Below are positions 1-9,657 of a stretch of DNA of 64,000 bases, piece by piece; the first letter of the stretch is position 1, and every line of letters begins with the position of its first letter. The translations under genes were made by a program, and so were the position numbers. The notes under the pieces are model-generated. The model was given only the letters and a program-made list of their open reading frames with translations. It ran no database searches and was not told the origin of the DNA. The DNA lies in NCBI GenBank assembly GCA_000165345.1, contig CM000434.1:672001-736000 (forward strand). The letters are read 5' to 3'.

Positions 1-3000
1 TTGGATTTTGAAGGATCAACAATGCTATTTTCTATTGAGGTACTTATTGAATGATTTTCAGAATCTTTGGTTGACTTTTTGCTGGATATCTGATTTTTAT
101 TGGAAATTTTCTTCTCAGATCTGCCTGAAATAATATCCAAGAAATTCATTATATCATTATCAAGTAGCTCCTTATTCAACATTACCGAAAGCCTAATACC
201 TCCAGAAGAGTTGTCTTCATCGATTCCACAAAGAGACTTAGCCTGTTCCAGAATCCTTTGAATCTCGGGAGCAGAAAGTGAATTAATCACGGTTTTTCCT
301 CCTCCTGGAGCGTTTTGAGTCATGAGGAAGTCCAAAAATAATTTAATAATTCCCTTAGTTTTAATACCTTTCTCAATGAGTTCATCCCTGGAAATGATGT
401 CTCTAAATACCGGAATAGATATCTCTCCAAAGAGAGAAAATCGCAAGCATTCAAGAATTGACCTTGACAAATCTGAGGTGTTAGATTTAATTATTTCTTC
501 TACTCTTCTCCACCCAAATCTAGAAGAGAATGTTGGGAATAGTTTCTTACTAAGCCTTTGAGCTCTTGCATGATTGTCTTGGATATAGGAAATAATTATA
601 CAAGTTAATATACAAGTAAATACTCCCAAACACTCTTGGTCTTCTTTTAATAGTGCAGATTCAATGAAATTATTTGCAAAAGCAAGCTTTTCTTTGCTAG
701 TTTCAGATCCTAAATTTGAATGAAGGCTTTCAAGATAATAATTATTAATCATAACATCTTCAATATCTGTCAGATAATTTATAAGGATCGGAGTAAAGAC
801 CTGTAGAGTGGTTTTATACTGAGATGAAATTGATATTATTGAAAGAATACAACCAGGAGAAAATGGATGACTAAGAAAATCACTGATTTTGTTTTTATAA
901 ATTCCCAAAGTCTCAGGAGTTGTGACAAAAGCCTCATCTTTTAGATTATCCAGTGGCTCAAAGATTCTACAACTTGGATAAAGCAAGTAATATGGCTTAT
1001 CTTTATCAGAAAAGTTTAAAATACCATTAAATCCTTCAATCAAAGAAGATGAAAGGCTTGAAATTTTAAAATCTTCATTCACATTTTTACTACGGTTTGT
1101 ACAGGTCCAGTAAATTAATTCCTTTGTAATTAATGCCAATTCAGAATCTGAGAGAGCCCACTTTAACTCACAATCTGCATCTGGGTCTCGTAAGTTGTTT
1201 TCAATTGTTCCCTGAAGTCCCGTAATTACAAGAAAAGAACATAAAGAAAGGAGGCTAATTAAATTGAGACATTGGTTATCTGTTGATTTATGTTTGATAT
1301 TATTTCTCAGAGACTCAAGCAATATGCTGCTCAACTTATGTCTAACTGCCTTATATATTTCAATTGTGGATTCTTTAAGATTACTTAAAGTAAGGTAATT
1401 ATTTTCACTTACTTGGTCATCCTCATTGCCTATTTCGTTATTTTCAATAGAGTCAACATCTACTCCTTGCAAAAGATCTTGAACAAGGTGGGCATAACCT
1501 GTAGTAAGCATATCGAGAGTAAGACTATAAAGTTGAGTACATTGGTGTGAGAGAATTTGGTCAAGATTCAGTTGAATAATTCTTTCAGTTCTTTCTAGAA
1601 CCTCAAAAAGAATTTCAAAGGTTATTGGAACACCTGATCCCTGTTCTGGGGACATTTCCGAAGATTTCAATGTTGATAAACTATCTCTATATTGGCTTGA
1701 CAAATATATATTACTGGTAGTAAGGTATTTCACAACTCCAAAAGCTTTTCTAAAGTTACACATCGTATTTAATGCAGAATTTTGTGCATTTTCACTCTTT
1801 TTTGAAGATTTCTTCGATTTCTTTGAATTTGACGTGTTTTCTGCTACATTCGAGTACAAAAGCCCATCAGTATTTGCCAGGAACTCTCTTCCCGACGCAA
1901 AGAAAGTGTCCAAGAGCTTTTTATTAAGGGATTCAACATCAGATTGAATATCTATTAAAGAATTTTCATTAAATTGAAGATTTTTACAATCTAAGCTGGC
2001 AATTGGAGAAAAAGTCATACAAATTCCATCAATTACTCTTGAGTCGCTATGGCTTTGAATAAGAGCAATGAGCTTTTTAATAGGGAAATGTCTCATTCCA
2101 GATGGGATAAAATTTGAATTTTCCTTATCTTGTATTATTTTGCAATACAAACTTATACATGTTGAGAATGTTGAAAGTAATATTGTAAGATAATCAGTAT
2201 TCTGTTCATGAAGAAGAATAAGAGGTTCCATATATTCAAGAATCACAGAAATTGCTACAAATGCTCTGAATCTAGTTAATATAGATTCAGCCTTTGAATA
2301 TAATAAGCTTGAAGTACCTTCAGGTTCTATGAATAACAAATCTTCAATTCGAGAAACATTTGCATGTAAAACTAATAACAAAACTTTCCTCATTTCCTCA
2401 CCTAAAGGCTCAAGTTGCGAGCTTGACGAGCATTCTGTTGCTAGAAGCATTTCTACAAGGAATTTTGAATCTCTAACACAAGGAGCTTTGGACCAAAAAG
2501 CATTAACACATCTATGAGTAAGGACTACCAAATCTCTTCCAAATTCATGAATAAACTCCAGGAAAGTTTGAAGATCTGATCTGATTCTGCCTGGTTCAAG
2601 AGTTTTAAGTTCTTCCAAATTTATCAAACTTTTAACCTTTTTGTTTTCAATTTGGTGACATGCAAGCTCAATGAGTTCTCGTGCCTCAATATTTTCATGG
2701 GAAATTCCACCTTCAAAAAGAGCAGAGTCTACAAACTCAGCAAGAAGGGAACTAATCGCCGGTGATGATGGTCCAAGCCAAAGTAAATCTACAATCTCAT
2801 CAACAAACTCCTCTTGAAGAAGTTCGTTTTTAAGAAGACCTATTAAAACTCTAATTGCCAGTTCTCCACATGATAATACTTCAGGATCTGAAGGAAGCTT
2901 TGAGGCAAGTGCTACCAAATTTCTGAGACTTCTTAGAAAAGGACTATCTGTCAAAATTACGCTACACTTATTAAGAATGTCCTTAGTCTCAATGCAAATC

Positions 3001-4034
3001 AAAATTGAACGGAGAATTTGGATACGATTTGAATTCAGTTCTTCTGGAAGGAGACTAATAAGCATTGAGGGAATTTCAGCTTCACAAACTATACTGGCCA
3101 TATGGGGCTGTAGGATGCTTTCAGAAAGAGTACAAAGACAGTTATTGCGTATTTCTGGACTCACATCTTGTACTCTTGATTTCCAAGAATCAAAGACAAT
3201 ATCTTTAATAATTGAATCAAGCCTTTCACATAATTTGCTAGTTTTGGAAAGCTCTTCTTCCAGACTCTCCTTAGCTCCAGTACCTGGTGACTCATTTTCA
3301 AACTGGATCTTAAATCTAGAAAGCTTCTCTAACAGTTCAAGCTTTGTTAATATTAGGCTTCTTAAGATTCCATTCAGAGCAACACATCCTGAATGTCTTA
3401 GAGGTCTGATTGATGCATTTGCTGTGGATTTAATCCATTTACATGTAATTGCAATTGATTCAAGATTTATATCTTTCACTATACTTTTGCATAATACATC
3501 ACCAATTCCAAGAAAGAAATCAGTAAATATCTCACAAAAGTAAAGATCAGAAGGTTTCTTGGGCCTAATTGGGTAATATTGGAGTATAGAAGTATTATTA
3601 TCTTGAAGATCAATAATTAAGTTTTCAAGACATTTCTCAGCAGAATCTGATCCTGTCCAATCTGAAATTGATTGCAAAAACACGCTTGGGATTCCACCAC
3701 CTTCCAGAATCAGTCTTATAATTTCCTTAAGACTTGAGGTGAATGATGAGTGATTTGGGCGTTCTAATAGTCCTTTTCTTATTTGGTTGAACACTGAATT
3801 GGTGATTGTTTTTGACTGTTTTGGATTTTCTACAGCAGATCTTATTGTTTTGAAAAGTCTACATCTGGTTTGAAGTTGAGTCTTTGAGAAGTTCCGTTTT
3901 GATAACTGGTAATTTGAAATTGTCCAGTTTTCTTTGTGATTTGGATCTGCATCTGGGCTGGGAGTATTACGTAGCTTCTCCGGGATTGCAAACCCCTCAG
4001 GGTCTCTATTTAAAGCCTTAGTTCTCTTTGGCAT
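1..4034 (-). CDS. Large protein (over 1340 aa, 3' part truncated by the window start). Possible cohesin SCC3/SA (STAG)-like subunit, otherwise an ARM/HEAT-like hypothetical protein.
   Basis: ATG at 4034 on the minus strand (MPKRTKALNRDPEGF...). I checked the frame as open and in phase at positions 59, 1019, 2339 and 3302. The ORF track shows no minus-strand ORF here, which is consistent with an ORF that has no stop inside the window. At about residue 290-300, the motif WKSRVQDVSPEIRNNCLCTLSESI resembles the stromalin conservative domain (FxHRYRDVDPxIRxxCIxELGxWI), and this is the position where the SCD sits in STAG proteins. The domain call is by eye only. Confidence 0.5.
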   Translation of the reverse strand, partial: MPKRTKALNRDPEGFAIPEKLRNTPSPDADPNHKENWTISNYQLSKRNFSKTQLQTRCRLFKTIRSAVENPKQSKTITNSVFNQIRKGLLERPNHSSFTSSLKEIIRLILEGGGIPSVFLQSISDWTGSDSAEKCLENLIIDLQDNNTSILQYYPIRPKKPSDLYFCEIFTDFFLGIGDVLCKSIVKDINLESIAITCKWIKSTANASIRPLRHSGCVALNGILRSLILTKLELLEKLSRFKIQFENESPGTGAKESLEEELSKTSKLCERLDSIIKDIVFDSWKSRVQDVSPEIRNNCLCTLSESILQPHMASIVCEAEIPSMLISLLPEELNSNRIQILRSILICIETKDILNKCSVILTDSPFLRSLRNLVALASKLPSDPEVLSCGELAIRVLIGLLKNELLQEEFVDEIVDLLWLGPSSPAISSLLAEFVDSALFEGGISHENIEARELIELACHQIENKKVKSLINLEELKTLEPGRIRSDLQTFLEFIHEFGRDLVVLTHRCVNAFWSKAPCVRDSKFLVEMLLATECSSSSQLEPLGEEMRKVLLLVLHANVSRIEDLLFIEPEGTSSLLYSKAESILTRFRAFVAISVILEYMEPLILLHEQNTDYLTILLSTFSTCISLYCKIIQDKENSNFIPSGMRHFPIKKLIALIQSHSDSRVIDGICMTFSPIASLDCKNLQFNENSLIDIQSDVESLNKKLLDTFFASGREFLANTDGLLYSNVAENTSNSKKSKKSSKKSENAQNSALNTMCNFRKAFGVVKYLTTSNIYLSSQYRDSLSTLKSSEMSPEQGSGVPITFEILFEVLERTERIIQLNLDQILSHQCTQLYSLTLDMLTTGYAHLVQDLLQGVDVDSIENNEIGNEDDQVSENNYLTLSNLKESTIEIYKAVRHKLSSILLESLRNNIKHKSTDNQCLNLISLLSLCSFLVITGLQGTIENNLRDPDADCELKWALSDSELALITKELIYWTCTNRSKNVNEDFKISSLSSSLIEGFNGILNFSDKDKPYYLLYPSCRIFEPLDNLKDEAFVTTPETLGIYKNKISDFLSHPFSPGCILSIISISSQYKTTLQVFTPILINYLTDIEDVMINNYYLESLHSNLGSETSKEKLAFANNFIESALLKEDQECLGVFTCILTCIIISYIQDNHARAQRLSKKLFPTFSSRFGWRRVEEIIKSNTSDLSRSILECLRFSLFGEISIPVFRDIISRDELIEKGIKTKGIIKLFLDFLMTQNAPGGGKTVINSLSAPEIQRILEQAKSLCGIDEDNSSGGIRLSVMLNKELLDNDIMNFLDIISGRSEKKISNKNQISSKKSTKDSENHSISTSIENSIVDPSKS

Positions 4035-4269
4035 CCCTGATATATGAGGAGGAGCTTCTTATTATTTGAATTTCCAAGGCTTTTTTTTGAGATTTTATAT
4101 TTTCCTATCTAAAAAAGAAAAAAAGCCGGGCTCGTAAGTTGCAAGGGGGGCTCTACCTCACCAAGTATGCGTGGGGGGTTTGGAGGCATGTAAGTAAATC
4201 AACTTGGGATGACCAAAGTCCAGAGGCCTTGAAGAAATTAAAAAAAGGTGTTTAATAATTTAATCAGTC

Positions 4270-7200
4270 ATGATAATAGAGAACTTGCTTGCTGATGGCC
4301 TTTGTGAGTCTACTACACCAGATAATCTTTCTGAACTTTCTGAGCAAGTTTTGGAGGCATGGGCTATGGTTAGTATTTCAGCGAAAAACTTTGTAAGTGA
4401 CATTAATAAAGTATTAGATGAATATTTGTATAATTCAAAGGTTTATGAAAAAGTTGAGACTTATCAGGATAATATTTTTAATGGATTCCAATCAGTTCCA
4501 AAATCTCCAGAAAGCAAATTACAGCTTGAAAGATTGGTTTCAACGTTGGAAACTCCGGAAATAACTGAGGCTTTAGAATGTATATATAGAAATGGTCTTT
4601 CAATACAAATCTTAGAAAGCTTTTTAGGTTATTCTCTGGATTACATAATCTCAAAAGAGATCACATTTTTTTGGACTACTTTGCTTTTACTTGGTGAAAC
4701 AGATACAAGTGACTCAAGAATGACAAGTAATGATACAAATTCTGTAGATGGGAGTTTTGTTGAAAATAAAGATTATTCTAAGGATGGTAAGACTCTTATT
4801 CCAATGGATAGAGATATTTTATCTTTTCATAGTTGTTTGATTTTTGGATTGGTAAGATTACTTTGGAATATTGTTTTCATTCTATATGGAGCAACTTCTT
4901 TGGTTAATATTCCAAATATGGAGAGGAGTAGCTTTGTATATGATTGCCTTTCTCAAAAAGATCAAGTATTTCCTAATAATCTTGGTGAATGCCCACTTCG
5001 TAGAGTGATTTATGGTTTTATGACAAAGATTCGTTTATTATTAATAGAAAGTATTCCTTCAGACTTTGACTTAGTATTGGAAAGATATATATTTGGAATA
5101 CTCACTTTTCTTTCTGAGAAGATACTTAATAATGATGAATTTTCGATAAAAAATGATATAAGTCCTATAATAATGAGAGAATATTTGTTAAAAGTTTTAA
5201 TTAATGATTCTTGTGGGAATACAAAAAAAAGAATGGAGATTTGTAAGTCAAGATTAGAGAATCTTCAGCATATATATGAACACAAAGCATCCAGAGTATT
5301 GAGTTTGAATGGTTCATTTCCATCGAATTTGGATTTTGAGACTTTAGAGGTATTATTAAGTTTGATTGGTTGCTCAAATCCTAATGAGAAATGCATAGAT
5401 CAGTTGAATTCAAGTTTTAGTGATAATAGATATATTGGAGAGGAAATTGTAAGACATAGAAATACTGGAGATCAAGATAATTGGGATAACAAGAAGATTC
5501 AGGAAATTCTTAGAGTAATTGCTCAAGGCCCAATTATAGAGGATTTATATAAAAATAATGGAGAGAATTCACTTGAAGAACTTTCAAGAATACATACAAC
5601 ATTATTGGACGAGCTGATTTGGTTAGTTTTTTGCTCTATAGAGCAAGAGAAAGAATATGTGCCTAATAAGAGTAGTCAAATAACTTTGATGACTAGAATT
5701 GGAGATCTTCCAGTTTTAATGAAATTGGTGGGATTTGAACATTTGTGGAAAAAAAGAGTGGTTTACTTGTTAAAAATGCAATCAGTAAATGCTGTGTTAT
5801 TTTTAGAAGGAAGAAAGACAGAGGAAAGTAATTTGAGAATATACTCGAAATATGTTCATGAATTTATGGGCCCAATATTAATGGGTTTATTAGATGGAGG
5901 GTTTGGATATATTAAATCTCAGGATTTTGAACTTGTAGATCAAGAGAATGACAAGAGTGAAAGTTCTGGAATGGCTAATTTTCAAGTAAATAATAACATT
6001 AGTATGATTGGGAAAGAATGTGAGCCAATGAATGGTGATTTGGCATTTCAGATGATATTTGAGGAGTTTTATATGGAATACAATTGGAGTCTTAAAAGAA
6101 GAGTTATAGACCTAATTATGGAATTTCCAAGGAGTAAAAGTTCGATTCTAGACCTTTATATTACAATGAATTACTTTCCAAGCAGCAATATATTAAGAGA
6201 TGTTTGGTTTTCGGAGATTTCAAGAGAGATCTTAAATTATGTGAATGGAAAATTACTTCATTTACATGTTGATACCTCTATAATTGTAGGATTTTATGTC
6301 AAATCGATAATATTTCTGCTCATGTTGGATTTCCCAAATGACAGGATGGATAAAACTTTGATCAGTTTTAGTGATGCTTTGAGGCAGAGAGGAGATACAA
6401 CACTTTGTATAGTTAGTTGGATGCCATTAATGCTTGAGAATTGTTCTCCAGCATTGAGTGATTCTGAGATTATAATGCCAATAAGTTGTTCAGATGAGGG
6501 CGTATATCCTCAGTTTTCAATTTCCAACCCAAACTATAGAAATGAGTGTAGAGGTTTGTTTGAAAAGTCATTTGATCAGATTCAAGAATACTCTCATTGT
6601 TTTCATATTCCCCAGATCAAGTTGGTTTTGAGTTGGATTTCTCGAATTTATGGAAGTAACTTAACTCTTCTATATGATTATATCTATAATTTGGCTTCAA
6701 GAGTGATAGGAAGTGGACAAGAATTGGGTTTTGAATCAAATTCTGTGGATGGTACAGAAAAATGTAGTCTTATTGATGAAAATACTTGGGAAATTGATGA
6801 GAGACGCTTCCAGAAGGATGAATCAGTTTATGAAATGATAAAGCTGACAATTGGTGGAAGGAGTGGTGAAAATTTGCTAAAAGGAGGTTCAGGAAGCTCC
6901 AAATTTGGGAGCAAAGATGAGCAACAATTATTGACCAACTGTAGTATAATTCTACAGGATATAAACAGCTCAATATTAGATAATAAGGAATATAGTAAAT
7001 CTAGAGAAGGATCTTTGCTTAATGCAGAATCCAAGCCAACTGTGACAGGATTTACAATTTCAAGGAATTACTGGTCAGAAGGTGTAATTAATATGGAGAT
7101 AAGAGATGACACCTTTCCTTTAGCTCCAGTATTGGAAGATGAGATTAAAGAGTACAGGCAATTCTTTGAAAGAGAACATCCAGGAAGAACTTTCAATTGT

Positions 7201-8673
7201 TTTTGTGGATATGGAATTGGTTTAGTTGACTTAACAGCAATTGATGGGACAGTGAAAAGCAACATAGCTTTGAATTTCCTACAAATAAGTATTTACGACT
7301 ATATATCAAGCAAACATCCAGAAAATGATTTGGATTATCCAGAAGGTGAATCATCAAAAGACGGATTCCTGGATTCTGATAAACTTTTAAGTTCAAATTC
7401 TATTTTGAATTGGTTTACAATCAGCCCTAAGGCTACAGATAGATCTTCTGATCGTATTAGCAAACCATTAACAGACAAGGAGGAAGTTAAGGTCACATTT
7501 ATGGATATTTTGAATCATTTTAGATTGGATGAACAGACTATTCGTTGGAGTATTGAAAATATGTTATCAAGGGGGATTATTCAAATAGTTACCAAAGAGG
7601 AAGGACTTGAGTGCTTTGATATTCCACAAACCTTTAGCAACATAAAGCTTACAAGGGAGGCAGGCGGAGAAGATGAAAAAGAGCAAGGACGAGAAATGTC
7701 TGTAGCTCAGAAAGATGAAAGTTTCAGCTTAATAAAGACAACAGAAGAAGGATATGGTTCTAATATTAATGATATGACGGTTATGTTGGACTTTAATAAT
7801 ATGCTTAATAATAGGAACAGTAATGCCTCATTGATTGGATTAAATCGTCAAAGCAGTTCTCTTAAAAAAAACTTCACTCTTTCAAGCGTAATGGAGACTC
7901 CAAAGAGGACTCCTCATGAAAATCTAGGAGAAACATCCAGTGAGAGAGCAAGTAGGAGGGAAGAAGAGGGAACAGCCTTCGATAGTCGATATTTGTCAAC
8001 TAGACGTAGTGAAATTGAGAATCAGGATAATATGCAAGAGGGCGAATATGACGAGGGTGAAGAAGAAGACGAGGATTTAAATTTGAACTTCCCAACAGGA
8101 ATAATCACTACAACCATTTCCTTCAAACCTAAAGATTTAGCACAAGATACTAGGCACCAAGGTCCAACTGCAAGCCGCGATGGGCCTTCCTACTCAAAAA
8201 AAGGAGAAAACAATCCTGGGAGTTCTGCTGGAGGAGGAAGCCTTCCTCCAATGATTGCTTTTTCGGAGACATATTTGGAGAAGTACTGTTACTTTACAAC
8301 GCCTTCTGTACTAGACCAGCAAGATAATGGATTAGACTCCTCTTCACCTAGCAATTCCAGATCTAACAAAGACAGAGAACACGCTAACTATGATATTATT
8401 AAAGAATGCGAGCTGCTCATTAGAGCTACACTCCAATTAAACGGTGCAATGGCTCCAGCTGTGCTATTTGCAAGAGTTAGAGCAGCAATTGCAAGTCAGG
8501 GTGAGGACAAGTTCTCCCAAAAAGACTCTGACGATCATCAGGGCTCTAAAGCATCTACAAATACTGACACACAATATACTTTGACATGGCCGCAGCATGT
8601 ACAAGCTATAAATAACATGGTTGACCGAGGAGAAGTATACAACAAAGGTGGAAGATTGTTCTTAGAAAAGTAA
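4270..8673 (+). CDS. Large hypothetical protein, 1467 aa, with an acidic/Ser-rich low-complexity C-terminal third.
   Basis: Uninterrupted ORF with ATG at 4270. It is divergently arranged from the preceding gene across a 235-bp spacer. I recognise no domain. Confidence 0.65.
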   Translation: MIIENLLADGLCESTTPDNLSELSEQVLEAWAMVSISAKNFVSDINKVLDEYLYNSKVYEKVETYQDNIFNGFQSVPKSPESKLQLERLVSTLETPEITEALECIYRNGLSIQILESFLGYSLDYIISKEITFFWTTLLLLGETDTSDSRMTSNDTNSVDGSFVENKDYSKDGKTLIPMDRDILSFHSCLIFGLVRLLWNIVFILYGATSLVNIPNMERSSFVYDCLSQKDQVFPNNLGECPLRRVIYGFMTKIRLLLIESIPSDFDLVLERYIFGILTFLSEKILNNDEFSIKNDISPIIMREYLLKVLINDSCGNTKKRMEICKSRLENLQHIYEHKASRVLSLNGSFPSNLDFETLEVLLSLIGCSNPNEKCIDQLNSSFSDNRYIGEEIVRHRNTGDQDNWDNKKIQEILRVIAQGPIIEDLYKNNGENSLEELSRIHTTLLDELIWLVFCSIEQEKEYVPNKSSQITLMTRIGDLPVLMKLVGFEHLWKKRVVYLLKMQSVNAVLFLEGRKTEESNLRIYSKYVHEFMGPILMGLLDGGFGYIKSQDFELVDQENDKSESSGMANFQVNNNISMIGKECEPMNGDLAFQMIFEEFYMEYNWSLKRRVIDLIMEFPRSKSSILDLYITMNYFPSSNILRDVWFSEISREILNYVNGKLLHLHVDTSIIVGFYVKSIIFLLMLDFPNDRMDKTLISFSDALRQRGDTTLCIVSWMPLMLENCSPALSDSEIIMPISCSDEGVYPQFSISNPNYRNECRGLFEKSFDQIQEYSHCFHIPQIKLVLSWISRIYGSNLTLLYDYIYNLASRVIGSGQELGFESNSVDGTEKCSLIDENTWEIDERRFQKDESVYEMIKLTIGGRSGENLLKGGSGSSKFGSKDEQQLLTNCSIILQDINSSILDNKEYSKSREGSLLNAESKPTVTGFTISRNYWSEGVINMEIRDDTFPLAPVLEDEIKEYRQFFEREHPGRTFNCFCGYGIGLVDLTAIDGTVKSNIALNFLQISIYDYISSKHPENDLDYPEGESSKDGFLDSDKLLSSNSILNWFTISPKATDRSSDRISKPLTDKEEVKVTFMDILNHFRLDEQTIRWSIENMLSRGIIQIVTKEEGLECFDIPQTFSNIKLTREAGGEDEKEQGREMSVAQKDESFSLIKTTEEGYGSNINDMTVMLDFNNMLNNRNSNASLIGLNRQSSSLKKNFTLSSVMETPKRTPHENLGETSSERASRREEEGTAFDSRYLSTRRSEIENQDNMQEGEYDEGEEEDEDLNLNFPTGIITTTISFKPKDLAQDTRHQGPTASRDGPSYSKKGENNPGSSAGGGSLPPMIAFSETYLEKYCYFTTPSVLDQQDNGLDSSSPSNSRSNKDREHANYDIIKECELLIRATLQLNGAMAPAVLFARVRAAIASQGEDKFSQKDSDDHQGSKASTNTDTQYTLTWPQHVQAINNMVDRGEVYNKGGRLFLEK

Positions 8674-8721
8674 TTTTACCACACAAAAAATCCCTCATCC
8701 AATAGAAACCATGTGCTAGCC

Positions 8722-8743
8722 GCCCGCCAAAATTCAGGCGGGC
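8722..8743. promoter_or_regulatory. GC-rich perfect inverted repeat GCCCGCC-(8 nt)-GGCGGGC. It can be read as two inverted E2F-like half-sites or as a hairpin 50 nt after the stop of the upstream gene.
   Basis: Read directly: gcccgcc at 8722-8728, aaaattca at 8729-8736, ggcgggc at 8737-8743. cgcccgccaaaa is the reverse complement of TTTTGGCGGGCG. Confidence 0.3.
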
Positions 8744-9657
8744 AAGTGTGAGGGGAGTGGCGCGCATGTGGTGCGGGGTATAAGTAATATGGGGGTAACT
8801 AATAATTAATATATATATACAAATGAATAAATTGAAGTTGATACAAAAAATAAGAGTGAGCTTGAGGCGCGGGACTCGGAGGATATAAAGAATTTATGCG
8901 AGTAGAGCAGTGAATTGGGGAACCAAGACAAGTATGTATGTGTATTTACAGTATATATATAAGTAGATATACGTGCGAGATAATTAGCGGAAAGTAATTA
9001 AATAGGCGTTCAGAATTTACGCGTGAAATTTAGCTTGAGATTTTGAGGTGAGGTACATTGAAAACAAGAGTGGTGTGAGAAGTGTGGAACTTGAGATTTA
9101 TACGTAAGGGTCAATAAGTGGGAATAAGTTAAATAATACAGGTATCAGGAAAGTATTATAATCTAAAGCATTAAATAAGTGTGTCAAAATTAAAATGATT
9201 ATATAGAGGTAACTGGACTCCTCACAAAATTACATATAAATTTTTTGTAATTTTTCAGTATCGAAAGAATACAATTCGTTTATATATGTATATTACGAAT
9301 AAAAATAAATGAACAATCAATAAACAAAAGATCAAACAGGAGTATTATAGACTCAAGAATTGGACATACAACTAGTTTACTCTGAAGGATCAATGTAATT
9401 TTAGAGTGATTAGAGGAATTTGGAATATTTAGAGAACATTTTGAAATACGAAAAGAATCGTGTGGTAAATAGAAGATTGTTCAGAAAGGTAGTAAAATCT
9501 AGTAAGTCAAGAAGGTCTTCGTCACTGCTGAACAGTCACTGGGGATTTTGCCCTGGAGCTGTTTCTCACAGTGAACGTTTCTGGACCTATAGAGTAAATA
9601 CATATAGGAAAGAAGAAAATTTTTGTGTGAAATGATCATTAGGATATTCGAATACCA

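Noticed and set aside
2977-3543. Plus-strand ORFs (2977-3543, 2329-2517, 322-561) inside the first gene
   Set aside because: They are antisense to a continuous, much longer minus-strand ORF with a clear ATG at 4034. They have low-complexity composition and no support.
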